A DNA stretch of 64,000 nucleotides. It comes from a bacterium (GTDB lineage Bacteria; Hinthialibacterota; Hinthialibacteria; Hinthialibacterales; Hinthialibacteraceae). The position numbers and the translations under genes are program-made. Positions 10,897 through 21,119 of this stretch are shown here, piece by piece. How positions within the stretch are numbered: position 1 is the first letter of the stretch; every line of letters begins with the position of its first letter. Under the pieces are notes generated by a model. The model saw only the letters and a list, made by a program, of their open reading frames with translations, was not told the DNA's origin and ran no database searches. The stretch covers positions 96,001 to 160,000 of the forward strand of contig CAXXSM010000092.1 of the NCBI GenBank assembly GCA_963663405.2, given 5' to 3'.

Positions 10897-11068
10897 GTGA
10901 GCAGCCCTTACAATGTCCCGGCTTTCCATGATAAGTCCACATAGGTAAATCTACCCCGATTCACTTGACAATCGCAACGCCCCATCAATACTTTCAAAAC
11001 AGATGAATAGTGGGACATACAGTGAATCCAGTAGTATATAAATCTGTTCCCCATAAGGATAGTAACTC

Positions 11069-13432
11069 ATGAAGGAAGCGATCCCTCTCGATACGTATTC
11101 CAACCCAGACACGTTATTAAAGACGCTTCGGAAGAATGGCCTTTCGCTGACGCCGGACGAAGCGAGAAAAATCTGCGAACGCATCGGACGCGCGCCGACC
11201 TGGGCGGAACTTTTCGTCTTCGATATTGAATGGAGCGAACATTGCTCCTACAAAAGCAGCAAAGCCCTGTTGAAAACCTACCTTCCCACATCGGGAAGCG
11301 CCGTCATCCAAGGGCCGGAGGAAGACGCGGGGATCGTGTTCTTTACAGAACATGAAGGGCGCCGTTATGGGATCGTGATCGCGCACGAAAGCCACAACCA
11401 CCCTTCACAAGTCCTTCCATTTGAAGGCGCCGCCACGGGTATTGGGGGCATTGTCCGCGATGTGGATTGCATGGGCGCGTCTGTGATCGCTGTCGCTGAT
11501 CCACTGCGCTTTGGTAATCCAAATGGACAATACGCGGATCGGACGAAATCCATCGTAAGCGGTGTCATCGAGGGAATCTGGAGTTACGGCAACGCGCTTG
11601 GAGTGCCGAACCTGGGCGGCGATGTGGTGTATCATGAAGGATACGACGACAACTGTCTGGTGAACGTTGTCGCGATGGGAATTCTTCCCGAAGAGGACAT
11701 CATCCACAGCCGTATCCCCGAAGACGGCGTTGGTTACGATCTAATTTTAACCGGCAAACCGACGGATCGATCCGGATTCGGGGGCGCGTCGTTCGCTTCC
11801 GGCACATTGGACCAGGAAGACGAAGAAGAGAACAAAGGCGCCGTCCAAATTCCCGATCCCTTCTTGAAGAATATTTTACTTCACTATAAAGCCACCCACG
11901 CGGTCCGCCGTCTCGCCAAAGAACGGGGAATCACGATTGGGATGAAAGACCTGGGAGCGGGAGGGATCGCATGCGTCTCTTCGGAAATGGGAGCCAGCGC
12001 CGGTTTGGGTGTCGAACTCAATCTCGATAAAGTTCATATCGCTGAAAAAGATCTGCCTCCGGAAATTATTCTCTGCGCCGAAACGCAGGAACGCTATCTC
12101 CTGGCGGTTCCCCCCGAATTCACACCAGACGTTCTCCGGATCTACAATGAAGATTGGGAACTCCCAGCGATCTGTTCAGGAGCGGGAGCGTTTGTCGTTG
12201 GTAAAGCGATTGATGAACCCGCCATGCGCGCCAGTTACCGTGGAGAAACCGTCGTCGATCTTCCCATTGATTTTGTTGTTGAAGGCATTCGATACGACCG
12301 CGAATCCGCTGCCCCGCAAGTTAAATTCACCGAACCGAAATTCCCAGTTCCCTCCGATTTGCAAGAAGTGTTTCTCGATCTTCTCGCTCATCCGAATATC
12401 GCGTCGAAAGAGGATATCTATCGCCATTACGATACCGAAGTGCAAGGCAGGGCGGTTATTCGTTCAGGTGAAGCCGACGCTGGATTGATGCTGCCTCTGC
12501 CCGATTGTCCGGCGGGAGTCACGCTTTCAGTGGATGGCAATCCATTCTATGGAGAGATTTCCCCCTTCTGGGGAGGCGCCGCCGCCGTCGCGGAAGCGAT
12601 GCGAAACACAGCCGCTACGGGAGCCACCCCGAAAGCGCTCACGGATTGTCTCAATTACGGCAATCCCGAAGTGCCCGAAGATTTCTGGGCGCTGGAAGAG
12701 GGGATCAAAGGCATTTCCGAAGCGGCCAAGAATCTATACGATCCCCGGCGCGAAGCCGAACCGGTTCCCTTTGTTTCCGGCAACGTGTCTCTCTACAATC
12801 AATCCACCAGCGGACGGTCGGTTCCTCCATCCACCATTATCGCCTGTATCGGCGTGATCGATGACGCATCAAAAGCGGTGACGCAGGAGATCAAAGAACC
12901 GGGCAATCATCTCGTCCTGATCGGCTCCCGCTATAATGAACTTGGCGGCTCTCAATATTACCAGACGCTTGGAAAAGGAAAGAGCGCGAATGTCCCCATT
13001 GTGCGCTATGAAAACGAGCGTGGAATCATCTATGGCACAATCGAAGCGATTGACCAAGGCCTTGTCCGGTCCGCCCACGATATCTCCAATGGTGGATTGC
13101 TGACATCGGCGGCGGAAATGCTTCTCACGAATCACCCCCGCCATCGCGCCGGTTTGGAATTGCGTCTGAATACGCTCGAATCCGATTTACGAATCGACAC
13201 GCTGCTCTTTTCCGAATCAAGCGGGATGCTTCTTGAAGTGGCGCCAGACAACCTAGAATCGCTGCGGACGGTCTATCAACAATTCTCTATGGATATTTAT
13301 ATAATCGGCAAGACAACAGACAACAATCAACTGCGTGTGTATAATCAAGAAGACGCGCTTCTCTTCGAACTGCCCATAGACACAATGCGGAAACGATGGA
13401 GAGGCGATTTCGGCTTAACCCTGGCCTCGTAA
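11069..13432 (+). CDS. purL: Phosphoribosylformylglycinamidine synthase subunit PurL
   Basis: WSEHCSYKSS, ESHNHPS, GAATGIGGIVRD, DLGAGG, ETQER, GNVSLYN and HDISNGGL motifs. Confidence 0.97.
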   Translation: MKEAIPLDTYSNPDTLLKTLRKNGLSLTPDEARKICERIGRAPTWAELFVFDIEWSEHCSYKSSKALLKTYLPTSGSAVIQGPEEDAGIVFFTEHEGRRYGIVIAHESHNHPSQVLPFEGAATGIGGIVRDVDCMGASVIAVADPLRFGNPNGQYADRTKSIVSGVIEGIWSYGNALGVPNLGGDVVYHEGYDDNCLVNVVAMGILPEEDIIHSRIPEDGVGYDLILTGKPTDRSGFGGASFASGTLDQEDEEENKGAVQIPDPFLKNILLHYKATHAVRRLAKERGITIGMKDLGAGGIACVSSEMGASAGLGVELNLDKVHIAEKDLPPEIILCAETQERYLLAVPPEFTPDVLRIYNEDWELPAICSGAGAFVVGKAIDEPAMRASYRGETVVDLPIDFVVEGIRYDRESAAPQVKFTEPKFPVPSDLQEVFLDLLAHPNIASKEDIYRHYDTEVQGRAVIRSGEADAGLMLPLPDCPAGVTLSVDGNPFYGEISPFWGGAAAVAEAMRNTAATGATPKALTDCLNYGNPEVPEDFWALEEGIKGISEAAKNLYDPRREAEPVPFVSGNVSLYNQSTSGRSVPPSTIIACIGVIDDASKAVTQEIKEPGNHLVLIGSRYNELGGSQYYQTLGKGKSANVPIVRYENERGIIYGTIEAIDQGLVRSAHDISNGGLLTSAAEMLLTNHPRHRAGLELRLNTLESDLRIDTLLFSESSGMLLEVAPDNLESLRTVYQQFSMDIYIIGKTTDNNQLRVYNQEDALLFELPIDTMRKRWRGDFGLTLAS

Positions 13433-13477
13433 TCGATAGTAACAACTCAGCAAATATAGCGATTAGATATTGAATTA

Positions 13478-13703
13478 CTGATGTTACGCAACTTCATTGA
13501 TTGAGATTTTTTTGTCTGAATCAGGATGGCCAGGACAACCAGGATATTCAGGATAGGTATTATCAGAGTGATATTGATCATCGAATAGTAAAATTCATAC
13601 TCAAAGTTTTTTATCCTGGTTATCCTTTTCATCTTGGGTATCCAGATTCAGACAAAAGCGGATTCAGAGAAGAACTTCAATCTATTGGTTTGCGTAACAT
13701 CAG
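13478..13703. mobile_element. MITE-like element, family B, copy 1
   Basis: Terminal inverted repeats CTGATGTTACGCAA / TTGCGTAACATCAG flanked by a TGAATTA direct repeat on both sides. Internal long hairpin TGTCTGAATCAGGAT...ATCCAGATTCAGACA. No transposase. Confidence 0.85.
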
Positions 13704-13760
13704 TGAATTAGTATAAACAAAACATTCAGAGGGCTGTACAATTATTAAAGAGGAACGGTC

Positions 13761-14795
13761 ATGACTGAACCCATTCGAATAGGAATCGTCGGAGCCGGAG
13801 CCATCGTGCGCGACCGGCATGTTCCCAACCTGCGCAAAATCGATGGCGTCGAACTTGTTTCCGTCTGCAACCAAAGCCGCGAATCATCCGAACGCGCCGC
13901 CAAGGAATTCGGAATCCCGAAAGTCTACGATTCATGGTGGGAACTCGTTCACGCGGATGATATCGATGTGGTCTGGATCGGAACATGGCCATACATGCAC
14001 AAACCGGTCACGCTCGAAGCGTTCAACACGGGCAAACACGTCTTCTGCCAAGCCCGCATGACGATGAACCTCAGCGACGCGAAAGAAATGCTGGACGCTT
14101 CAAAAAAGACAGACCGCGTATCCATGCTCTGCCCCCCACCGATGGGTATGAAGGGTGACCGGTTGATGAAGAAATTGATTCATGAAGACGGCGTTCTGGG
14201 CGTACTCTACACAATCCACTTCCAAGCGTTATCCGCCGGACTCATCGATCCCGAAACGCCCCTCCATTGGCGGCAAAGAGAAGAACTATCCGGCGTGAAT
14301 GCGCTCACAGTCGGCATATACGCCGAGATCATCCACCGCTGGTTCGGCTACACTAAATCCATCACCGCCGAAGCGAAAACCTTCATCCCCGAACGCCCCA
14401 CGCAGGAAGGCCCGCGAAAACCAGTCATCCGCCCCGATGTGGTATTCTGCCTCTGCGAAATGGAAAACGGAGCCCTAATGCGCTGCGAATGGAGCGGCCT
14501 CGCCCGCCCCACTTCAGGAGACCAGATCGAAGCCTACGGAAGCAAAGCCGCCCTCCGCTATAATTTCACAACCGATGAAATCCACCTCTCTAAAGAAGGC
14601 GCCCCCTGGCAAAAACAAGAAATCCCCACCGACCTCGCTAAAGAATGGACCGTTGAACAAGACTTCATCGATTCCATCCGGACAGGGAAAGAAATCCATC
14701 CGGATTTCTATGATGGGGTGAAGTATATGGAATTTACGGAGGGGGTATTTAGGGCTGTTGAGGGGGGGAGGCGGGTGGAATTGCCTTTGGATTGA
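13761..14795 (+). CDS. Gfo/Idh/MocA-family oxidoreductase
   Basis: IRIGIVGAGAI Rossmann motif; GKHVFCQARM variant of the usual EKP motif. Confidence 0.92.
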   Translation: MTEPIRIGIVGAGAIVRDRHVPNLRKIDGVELVSVCNQSRESSERAAKEFGIPKVYDSWWELVHADDIDVVWIGTWPYMHKPVTLEAFNTGKHVFCQARMTMNLSDAKEMLDASKKTDRVSMLCPPPMGMKGDRLMKKLIHEDGVLGVLYTIHFQALSAGLIDPETPLHWRQREELSGVNALTVGIYAEIIHRWFGYTKSITAEAKTFIPERPTQEGPRKPVIRPDVVFCLCEMENGALMRCEWSGLARPTSGDQIEAYGSKAALRYNFTTDEIHLSKEGAPWQKQEIPTDLAKEWTVEQDFIDSIRTGKEIHPDFYDGVKYMEFTEGVFRAVEGGRRVELPLD

Positions 14796-14956
14796 TTGTC
14801 TATGGACTACGCCAGGAAACACAAGAGTCGTAAATCTTCAATTCCAATTCGTATTGCTTAAGTACTTAATTTGTCTTTCAGCTTTTGTCAGGCGTCAAGC
14901 GCGACTGGATGCTGTTGTTTGCATGACCTAGTTAAATGCGGCGTTGGCTTAGTCAA

Positions 14957-15637
14957 TCACTTTTCATCTTCATTGGTGCGTAAACCTTCAGTCCACTCAC
15001 AGAATGCTCTTACACCTAACGTGTATAGAATCACAACGACCGCTGCAATGACTGGCGCGCCTACTATACCGAGTATGGGAATGGTTTGAACTAGATAGGC
15101 GCCTAGCGCCAGTCCCCCACTTCCGACAACCATTTCCGGTGTAATAGTTGGAATAGTTTTATCCCCTTTCGCTTGCTCAATCGCGCTTTCGACCTTCTTT
15201 CGGATCTCAGGATTACCGCAGATATATTTTCGTAGGATGCGCGCGAAGTATCCAAAGAATCCCGTTTCACATTGGGCGTTTTCAGCCAATTCATAAACGG
15301 AAAAGCTATTGAAATAATTTGAATCAACAGTTAGTTCTTGCCGTATCTGCGCCAGTGTTTGATATTGCCAAGTCTCTTTCTTTTCAGGGATCTCGAACTG
15401 CTCACGAGATTCAAGATTCCATCCACGATATGCGCCAGTGTGTTCCGAGGGTGTAGAGAATGATTCCAGTGTGGCAAAAGGTTGCTTCATCATTACCCCT
15501 ACTAGCCGACCAAGACGCTCAGCGCATCGCTGTGGATTACTGTCACTCGCGATATCCTGTAATGATTCACGGTACTCATCCTGAGCTAACGAGCTAAGCT
15601 CGGAAAAACCCTTCAGAAGTGTTTGATCATCCATCAT
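14957..15637 (-). CDS. Hypothetical protein with C-terminal hydrophobic hairpin
   Basis: 226-aa ORF with RBS AAGGAG; C-terminal hydrophobic segment GLALGAYLVQTIPILGIVGAPVIAAVVVILYTLG. Confidence 0.75.
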   Translation of the reverse strand: MMDDQTLLKGFSELSSLAQDEYRESLQDIASDSNPQRCAERLGRLVGVMMKQPFATLESFSTPSEHTGAYRGWNLESREQFEIPEKKETWQYQTLAQIRQELTVDSNYFNSFSVYELAENAQCETGFFGYFARILRKYICGNPEIRKKVESAIEQAKGDKTIPTITPEMVVGSGGLALGAYLVQTIPILGIVGAPVIAAVVVILYTLGVRAFCEWTEGLRTNEDEK

Positions 15638-16035
15638 TTAAACTCCTTTTTAAGCGCCTGGCATTCATAAAAAACTTTCAAGGCCAATCGGCGAATTAAT
15701 CTCTCAACTTACTTTCATGTAGAACCGATCAACGACGAGGATTGCTTAACTTGAAAGATTTTGTAGTAACTTTAGTTTCAAATATTTTGTGTTAGGATTG
15801 ATCCACCAAGCATGTGGCATTTTAATGTAAATAACCACTGTGTCAAGAACATTTTTTTGGATTATTCGAATTTATTATTTATTAATTTTAAGGAATGTTT
15901 TGATATACAATAAATGAAGCATCACACCTTGAACCATATAAAGCGAATCCTTCCTCTGTAAAACCGGTGACATTGGACGCATATCCAGTTGCCTTCGCCT
16001 ATCAGCTGGCTTTCCCAACGATCTCTTCAAGTCGC

Positions 16036-16887
16036 CTATTCTTCGGTTCGAAGAATTCTATACTTATCGGCTAGTTTCTGGGCGCGTGTTTTATTGTAAT
16101 CGTAATGATACAGCGCCTTTTCAAAGTTTCCGTAGAGAGGATTTGGGATGAGAATCCACTTCGAACCCCAGCGCGATTGATGCGCGAGCGTTTTTTTAAT
16201 TCGTTCCGCTGGAGATACTTTGCCTAGATAAGCGAAGTCATTGTAATCATCGCCCACGAGTAATAGGATTCTATGCGTTTTGGCGATCTCCATTCTGCGG
16301 GACGTCTTGTCTGATCCCCAATCATCTTGCTCATTCTTACACAGTACATCCCCGGCGGTTATTTTCCGATCAATCACCATTTGAAGATTCTTTACAGTAG
16401 GCGCTTCCAGTTCCCGGTTGGTGACATAGAACACCCGAACGCCAAGATCCCGAATCTTGGTGATAAATTCCTTTGCGCCGGGCACTGGCATGGCCTTCTT
16501 TTTATTTACCCATACTTTCCACTCTTCGGGTTTGAATTCAATATTCTTTTTTACGAGACCAGCCTGGAAAGGAGAGTTGTCAAGAATCGTCTCGTCAACA
16601 TCAACGATGATTGCGGTTGGAAGGTTCTCATATCCCGCCGTCTGCTCAATCGCCGCCGTCCAATTGGGATCCTTCAATCCTTGCTCCACACAAGCGAGCG
16701 CATTGGAAAAGGCCTGATGGCAGGCAAACCGGTACTCGGCTGATGTCTGTACCCAGTTGACTCCATTGAGCAGTTCATGGGTTTTCTCGCAATCACGTAC
16801 CTGAGCGGTTCCTTGCGTGTTATTATGTATTGACACGCATCCCCCAAGAAAGATAAACAGTATGAAAATACTTGCTCGCACCTTCAT
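16036..16887 (-). CDS. Lipoprotein e(P4)-family acid phosphatase / 5'-nucleotidase (HAD class C)
   Basis: Lipobox LGGC; WVQTSAEY, VDVDETILDNS, YVTNR, GDDYNDF and IPNPLYG motifs. Confidence 0.93.
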   Translation of the reverse strand: MKVRASIFILFIFLGGCVSIHNNTQGTAQVRDCEKTHELLNGVNWVQTSAEYRFACHQAFSNALACVEQGLKDPNWTAAIEQTAGYENLPTAIIVDVDETILDNSPFQAGLVKKNIEFKPEEWKVWVNKKKAMPVPGAKEFITKIRDLGVRVFYVTNRELEAPTVKNLQMVIDRKITAGDVLCKNEQDDWGSDKTSRRMEIAKTHRILLLVGDDYNDFAYLGKVSPAERIKKTLAHQSRWGSKWILIPNPLYGNFEKALYHYDYNKTRAQKLADKYRILRTEE

Positions 16888-16952
16888 TTGAACGTTCTCC
16901 TTTCAATCTTCCGCGATGATTACAACACTTATTCAATCAAAACATTTATTTT

Positions 16953-17315
16953 TTATTCTTGATCCCGGTGAACGGTTTCCAGCGAAAAGGCGGGGAGACA
17001 GACGGCGATGTATTCGGTGTCAACGTCAGGTGTGCTGTATTGAATCCATTCATCCGCCTTGGCGATCACGGCTTCTCCCGCATGTATATTTACGATCTCA
17101 GTTTTTGTCTTGACGCGCAAGGTTCCCTGCAGGACAACCGTGTATTCATCGAATTCCGGTTTTTGTCCGGGCTCTTCCCAGCCTTTTGGACTCTTCATGC
17201 GGGCGATACTTAAATCCTGCGTTTTTGAATTCACGCGGCCGATATATTCTTCGATTGTTTTTGGCTTATTGCCCGCGGCTGTGATGATAGTGGGCTTCTC
17301 GATTTTTACAGCCAT
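16953..17315 (-). CDS. Cupin-domain protein (EutQ-like)
   Basis: AAGNKPKTIEEYIGRVNS...GWEEPGQKPEFDEYTVVL...YIAVCLPAF. Confidence 0.85.
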   Translation of the reverse strand: MAVKIEKPTIITAAGNKPKTIEEYIGRVNSKTQDLSIARMKSPKGWEEPGQKPEFDEYTVVLQGTLRVKTKTEIVNIHAGEAVIAKADEWIQYSTPDVDTEYIAVCLPAFSLETVHRDQE

Positions 17316-17359
17316 AATCAATTTGATCCTTTTTTTTAATTGTGTAGTCAGTTTAATAA

Positions 17360-17618
17360 CTGATGTTACGCAAATCTACCAATAGAGATTGATTTAAGGA
17401 TTGTTTTTGTCTGAATCAAGATGGCCAAGATTAAAGGATGTTCAGGATTTTTTTCACTTGATTAATGGATTTTGCCATCCGCTGATGGATTCCACTCTGA
17501 TGATTCGTATCCTGAAAATCCTAATCATCCTGGACATCCTGATTCAGACAACGAAAGGTGAATCAATCTATTTTCTCTGTAAATTAGTGGATTATTTGTC
17601 GAATCTGCGCAACATCAG
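17360..17618. mobile_element. MITE-like element, family B, copy 2 (opposite orientation to copy 1)
   Basis: CTGATGTTACGCAA ... CTGCGCAACATCAG termini; flanks TTAATAA / TTAAATAA (imperfect duplication); same internal hairpin. The central spacer matches the reverse complement of copy 1. Confidence 0.8.
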
Positions 17619-17740
17619 TTAAATAATGTTGTTCCAGGACATCGTCAAAGTAAAGTGAAACCGCTTCTCTTTTCCCACTCAAAGTATATAATTTCTTATT
17701 TATCCAAAAATCACCTTATCGGAAGCGAGATTGTTGGTTT

Positions 17741-19156
17741 ATGAATGAATCTATGCGCGCCATTCATTTTTTGAATACGGAATCGAAGCGGAAAGAGGCG
17801 TTTGAGAGTCTTGAACCGGGGCATGTCCGGATTTATACCTGCGGGCCAACGGTGTATGACAACGCGCATATCGGAAATTTCCGGGCGTATGTCTTTGAAG
17901 ACGTGATGCGGCGGTATTTACAATACCGGGGCTACCGGGTTACACAGGTCATGAATCTGACCGATGTGGAAGACAAGATCATCCGCAATGCGCGGGAACA
18001 AGGCGTCTCCATCTCCGAATATACCGCGCCCTATGTGACAGCGTTCTTTGAAGATCTCGATACGCTCAACATCGAACGCGCCGAACTCTACCCCCGCGCC
18101 ACCGAACATATCGGCGAGATGATCGAATTGATCCGCACTCTGAAAGACAAGGGATACACCTACGAGAAAGACGGATCGGTCTATTACAAGATCGCGCAGT
18201 TCCAATCCTACGGACGCCTATCCGGAATCAAAGTAAACGAGGTCCAATCCGGCGCCCGCATCGATGTGGATGAGTATGAAAAAGACGACGCCCGCGATTT
18301 CGTCCTTTGGAAAGCCCGGAAAGAAGGCGAACACTTTTGGGAGACGGAATTCGGCGAAGGGCGCCCGGGCTGGCATATTGAATGCTCCGCAATGGCGATG
18401 AAATACCTCGGCCCGCATTTCGATATCCACTGCGGCGGTGAGGACAATATCTTCCCCCATCACGAAAACGAGATCGCGCAGAGCGAAGCCTGCAGCGGAG
18501 AAACCTACGTCAACTATTGGCTGCATTGCCGCCATCTGCTGGTGGAAGGTGAAAAAATGTCGAAGTCCAAAGGCAATTTCTTCACCCTGCGGGACCTGAT
18601 CGAGAAAGGCCATCACCCGATGGCGATCCGCTATCTCCTCGTCTCGAACCATTACCGCACGCCGCTGAACCTAACGGAAGAAGCGCTCCACGCCGCGCAC
18701 GCCGCCTGGACGCGCATCATGGATTTCCGCCGCCGCATCCAAGAGACGATCGAAGCGGACGCGGGCGCGGAACGTGTGGAACAACTCGATCGAACGCTCC
18801 CCGCTTTCATCGATCTGTTCAATCAGCGCATGGATGACGATCTCGACACCCCCGGCGCGCTGGCCACTCTTTTCGATTTTATCCGGGAAACAAACAAACT
18901 GTTGGATGAATCAAGCCTGCCCGCCGCGCAAGCGAACAAACTGCTCGAAACGATCGAACGGATCGACACGGTCCTAGGAGTGTTAAAAGAAGAAGAAACT
19001 CTCCTCGACGAAGAGATCGACGCCCTCATCCAAGAACGCCAGCAAGCCCGAAAGAACAAAGACTTCGCCAAGGCCGACGCGATTCGCGACCGCCTCGCGG
19101 AGGAAGGGATCATCCTCGAAGACACCCGCGATGGCGTCCGCTGGAAACGGCGCTGA
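17741..19156 (+). CDS. cysS: Cysteine--tRNA ligase
   Basis: YTCGPTVYDNAHIGN, GRPGWHIECSAM, FPHHENE and KMSKS motifs. Confidence 0.98.
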   Translation: MNESMRAIHFLNTESKRKEAFESLEPGHVRIYTCGPTVYDNAHIGNFRAYVFEDVMRRYLQYRGYRVTQVMNLTDVEDKIIRNAREQGVSISEYTAPYVTAFFEDLDTLNIERAELYPRATEHIGEMIELIRTLKDKGYTYEKDGSVYYKIAQFQSYGRLSGIKVNEVQSGARIDVDEYEKDDARDFVLWKARKEGEHFWETEFGEGRPGWHIECSAMAMKYLGPHFDIHCGGEDNIFPHHENEIAQSEACSGETYVNYWLHCRHLLVEGEKMSKSKGNFFTLRDLIEKGHHPMAIRYLLVSNHYRTPLNLTEEALHAAHAAWTRIMDFRRRIQETIEADAGAERVEQLDRTLPAFIDLFNQRMDDDLDTPGALATLFDFIRETNKLLDESSLPAAQANKLLETIERIDTVLGVLKEEETLLDEEIDALIQERQQARKNKDFAKADAIRDRLAEEGIILEDTRDGVRWKRR

Positions 19157-19257
19157 ATCGACATCCCTCCAAAAATAATGTTGAAATCCGGCATTTTTTG
19201 TTCTTTAATGACGAAATAATGTACTATTATATTTTGTCATTAGCCGGGTGATGAACA

Positions 19258-20130
19258 ATGGAATTACTAAATTATGTCCATCTCGAACTATTAGAGAAAC
19301 TAGATGAGGGTGTTTATTTTGTAGATAATAAACGCACGATACAGTACTGGAATCAGGGTTCGGAACGAATTACAGGATATACTAAAGAAGAAGTGATCGG
19401 TAAACACTGCATTGACAACATTCAAAATCACGTCGATGAAAATGGAAATAATTACTGCCAAACAGAATGTCCACTTCTCAAAACAATCAACACCGGTAAA
19501 TCCTGCACAATGAATCTATTCCTCCATCACAAAGATGGACACCGTGTGCCGATCTCCATGCGCTCCTTTCCAATCAAAGACTCGAATGGAAACATTCTCG
19601 GCGCGGTCGAAATCTTTAAAGGGACCAGCGAGAAGATGTTCGATGAGTCTAAGATGAAGGAATTAGCGCGGATGGCGTATATCGATCCACTGACGGGTCT
19701 ACCGAACCGTAATTTCTTATCTATGAAAATGGAAACATTCCACAAAGAAGCGGAGATCATGAATTCTTCGACCGGTTCGATCTTGTTACGAGTAAAAAAC
19801 CATGGTCAGATTGTCGATGAATATGGAGAAAAAATCGCCGGGCAAGCCCTGAAAATCACGGCCAAAACGTTGCTCCACAATTCCAAACAAAATCATCTAT
19901 TAGGGCGGTGGGATGATACTGCGTTTCTATCCTTAATCCCAGGCGCGGGTGAAGGTCTGCTCCAAACGTTGGCAAAAAAATATCTACGATTACTTGAACA
20001 TACCACCCTTTCCATCGGCCGAACCACCATTCCCATACATCCCCGCGTGAAATACAATCTCACCTCCGCGAAAATGAGCATACTCGAAAGCGTCAAACAA
20101 ATTGAAGAGATACCATATTCAGATTTGTAA
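19258..20130 (+). CDS. PAS domain + degenerate GGDEF domain protein
   Basis: PAS domain (YWNQGSERITGY...HKDGHRVP) followed by DPLTGLPNR. The active-site loop reads GRWDDTAF. Confidence 0.85.
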   Translation: MELLNYVHLELLEKLDEGVYFVDNKRTIQYWNQGSERITGYTKEEVIGKHCIDNIQNHVDENGNNYCQTECPLLKTINTGKSCTMNLFLHHKDGHRVPISMRSFPIKDSNGNILGAVEIFKGTSEKMFDESKMKELARMAYIDPLTGLPNRNFLSMKMETFHKEAEIMNSSTGSILLRVKNHGQIVDEYGEKIAGQALKITAKTLLHNSKQNHLLGRWDDTAFLSLIPGAGEGLLQTLAKKYLRLLEHTTLSIGRTTIPIHPRVKYNLTSAKMSILESVKQIEEIPYSDL

Positions 20131-20145
20131 ACGCAAATCAAATCC

Positions 20146-20826
20146 TCAAAGAATAAACTTATATCCCATCCGGTGAACCGTGATAACATGACAGGGGTTT
20201 TCGGGGTCGTCTTCGATTTTTTGGCGGAGTTTGGCGATGTGGTTGTCGACGGTACGGGTGGTGGGGAAGTTGGTGTAGCCCCAGACTTGTTCTAGAAATT
20301 GCTCGCGGGTGACGATTTCGCCTTGGTTCTCGACAAACAGGCGCATCATCTCAAATTCACGAGGGGACATCTCGATGGGTTTCCCATCCTTGCTCGCTTG
20401 ATACCGGTCGAAATTCAGGGTGATATCGCCGAAAGAAAATTCATGGACGCTGGGGGGATCTGTCTTCACGCGGCGCAGAATCGCTTTTACCCGCGCCAGC
20501 ATCTCCCGCAGACTGAACGGTTTGGTAATGTAATCGTCCGCGCCCGCTTCAAGGCCGGCGATTTTATCCTCCTCCGCCCCGCGTGCGGTGAGCATAACGA
20601 TCGGCGTCGTCGAACCGGATTCCTTTAGATGCTTGCAGACCTCCATCCCATCCATGCCGGGCAGCATGAGATCGAGGAGGATAAGATCGAACGGCTCTTT
20701 CTGCGCCAGCCGCAATCCCTCCGTCCCATTCGCGGTCGTGACCGTTTCGTAATTTTCAAATTCGAGATTGTCCTGCAATCCCCGCCGCATATCCGGTTCG
20801 TCTTCAATGATGAGTATGCGCGTCAT
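20146..20826 (-). CDS. OmpR/PhoB-family response regulator; no adjacent kinase
   Basis: ILIIEDE, LLDLMLP, GADDYITKPF and winged-helix RTVDNHIAKLRQK motifs. Confidence 0.95.
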   Translation of the reverse strand: MTRILIIEDEPDMRRGLQDNLEFENYETVTTANGTEGLRLAQKEPFDLILLDLMLPGMDGMEVCKHLKESGSTTPIVMLTARGAEEDKIAGLEAGADDYITKPFSLREMLARVKAILRRVKTDPPSVHEFSFGDITLNFDRYQASKDGKPIEMSPREFEMMRLFVENQGEIVTREQFLEQVWGYTNFPTTRTVDNHIAKLRQKIEDDPENPCHVITVHRMGYKFIL

Positions 20827-21119
20827 TCTTACTTCTCTCTTCACTCAATTGATAATTGTTTTATCTTAGCGTTTTTTTCAATCGGCGTTTCTATATTCTA
20901 CTCCCGGATTGTAAAAAGATGTACGGACTCGATCTACCAACCAAATGACCATTTTCCTTTCTGCATAGTTTTTTTTTGCATTGACCATCATGATTCATGA
21001 TTATTGTATGCAATAAAATGGCTGTTTTTCAATGGTTTTTTTGCATAAAAGGGTTTTCCAGATTATGGAAAAAAGGTATAACATGCTAAGAACCATTAAT
21101 GATACAAGGGGAGAAAAAC

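Noticed and set aside
13478-17618. Composite transposon formed by the two MITEs around four genes
   Set aside because: Each copy has its own different flanking duplication, which indicates independent insertions.
13447-17622. Small ORFs 13447..13632, 13501..13716 and 17401..17622 (ILKILIILDILIQT / NQDGQDNQD)
   Set aside because: They are products of the 9-bp-periodic hairpin within MITE family B and have no RBS support.
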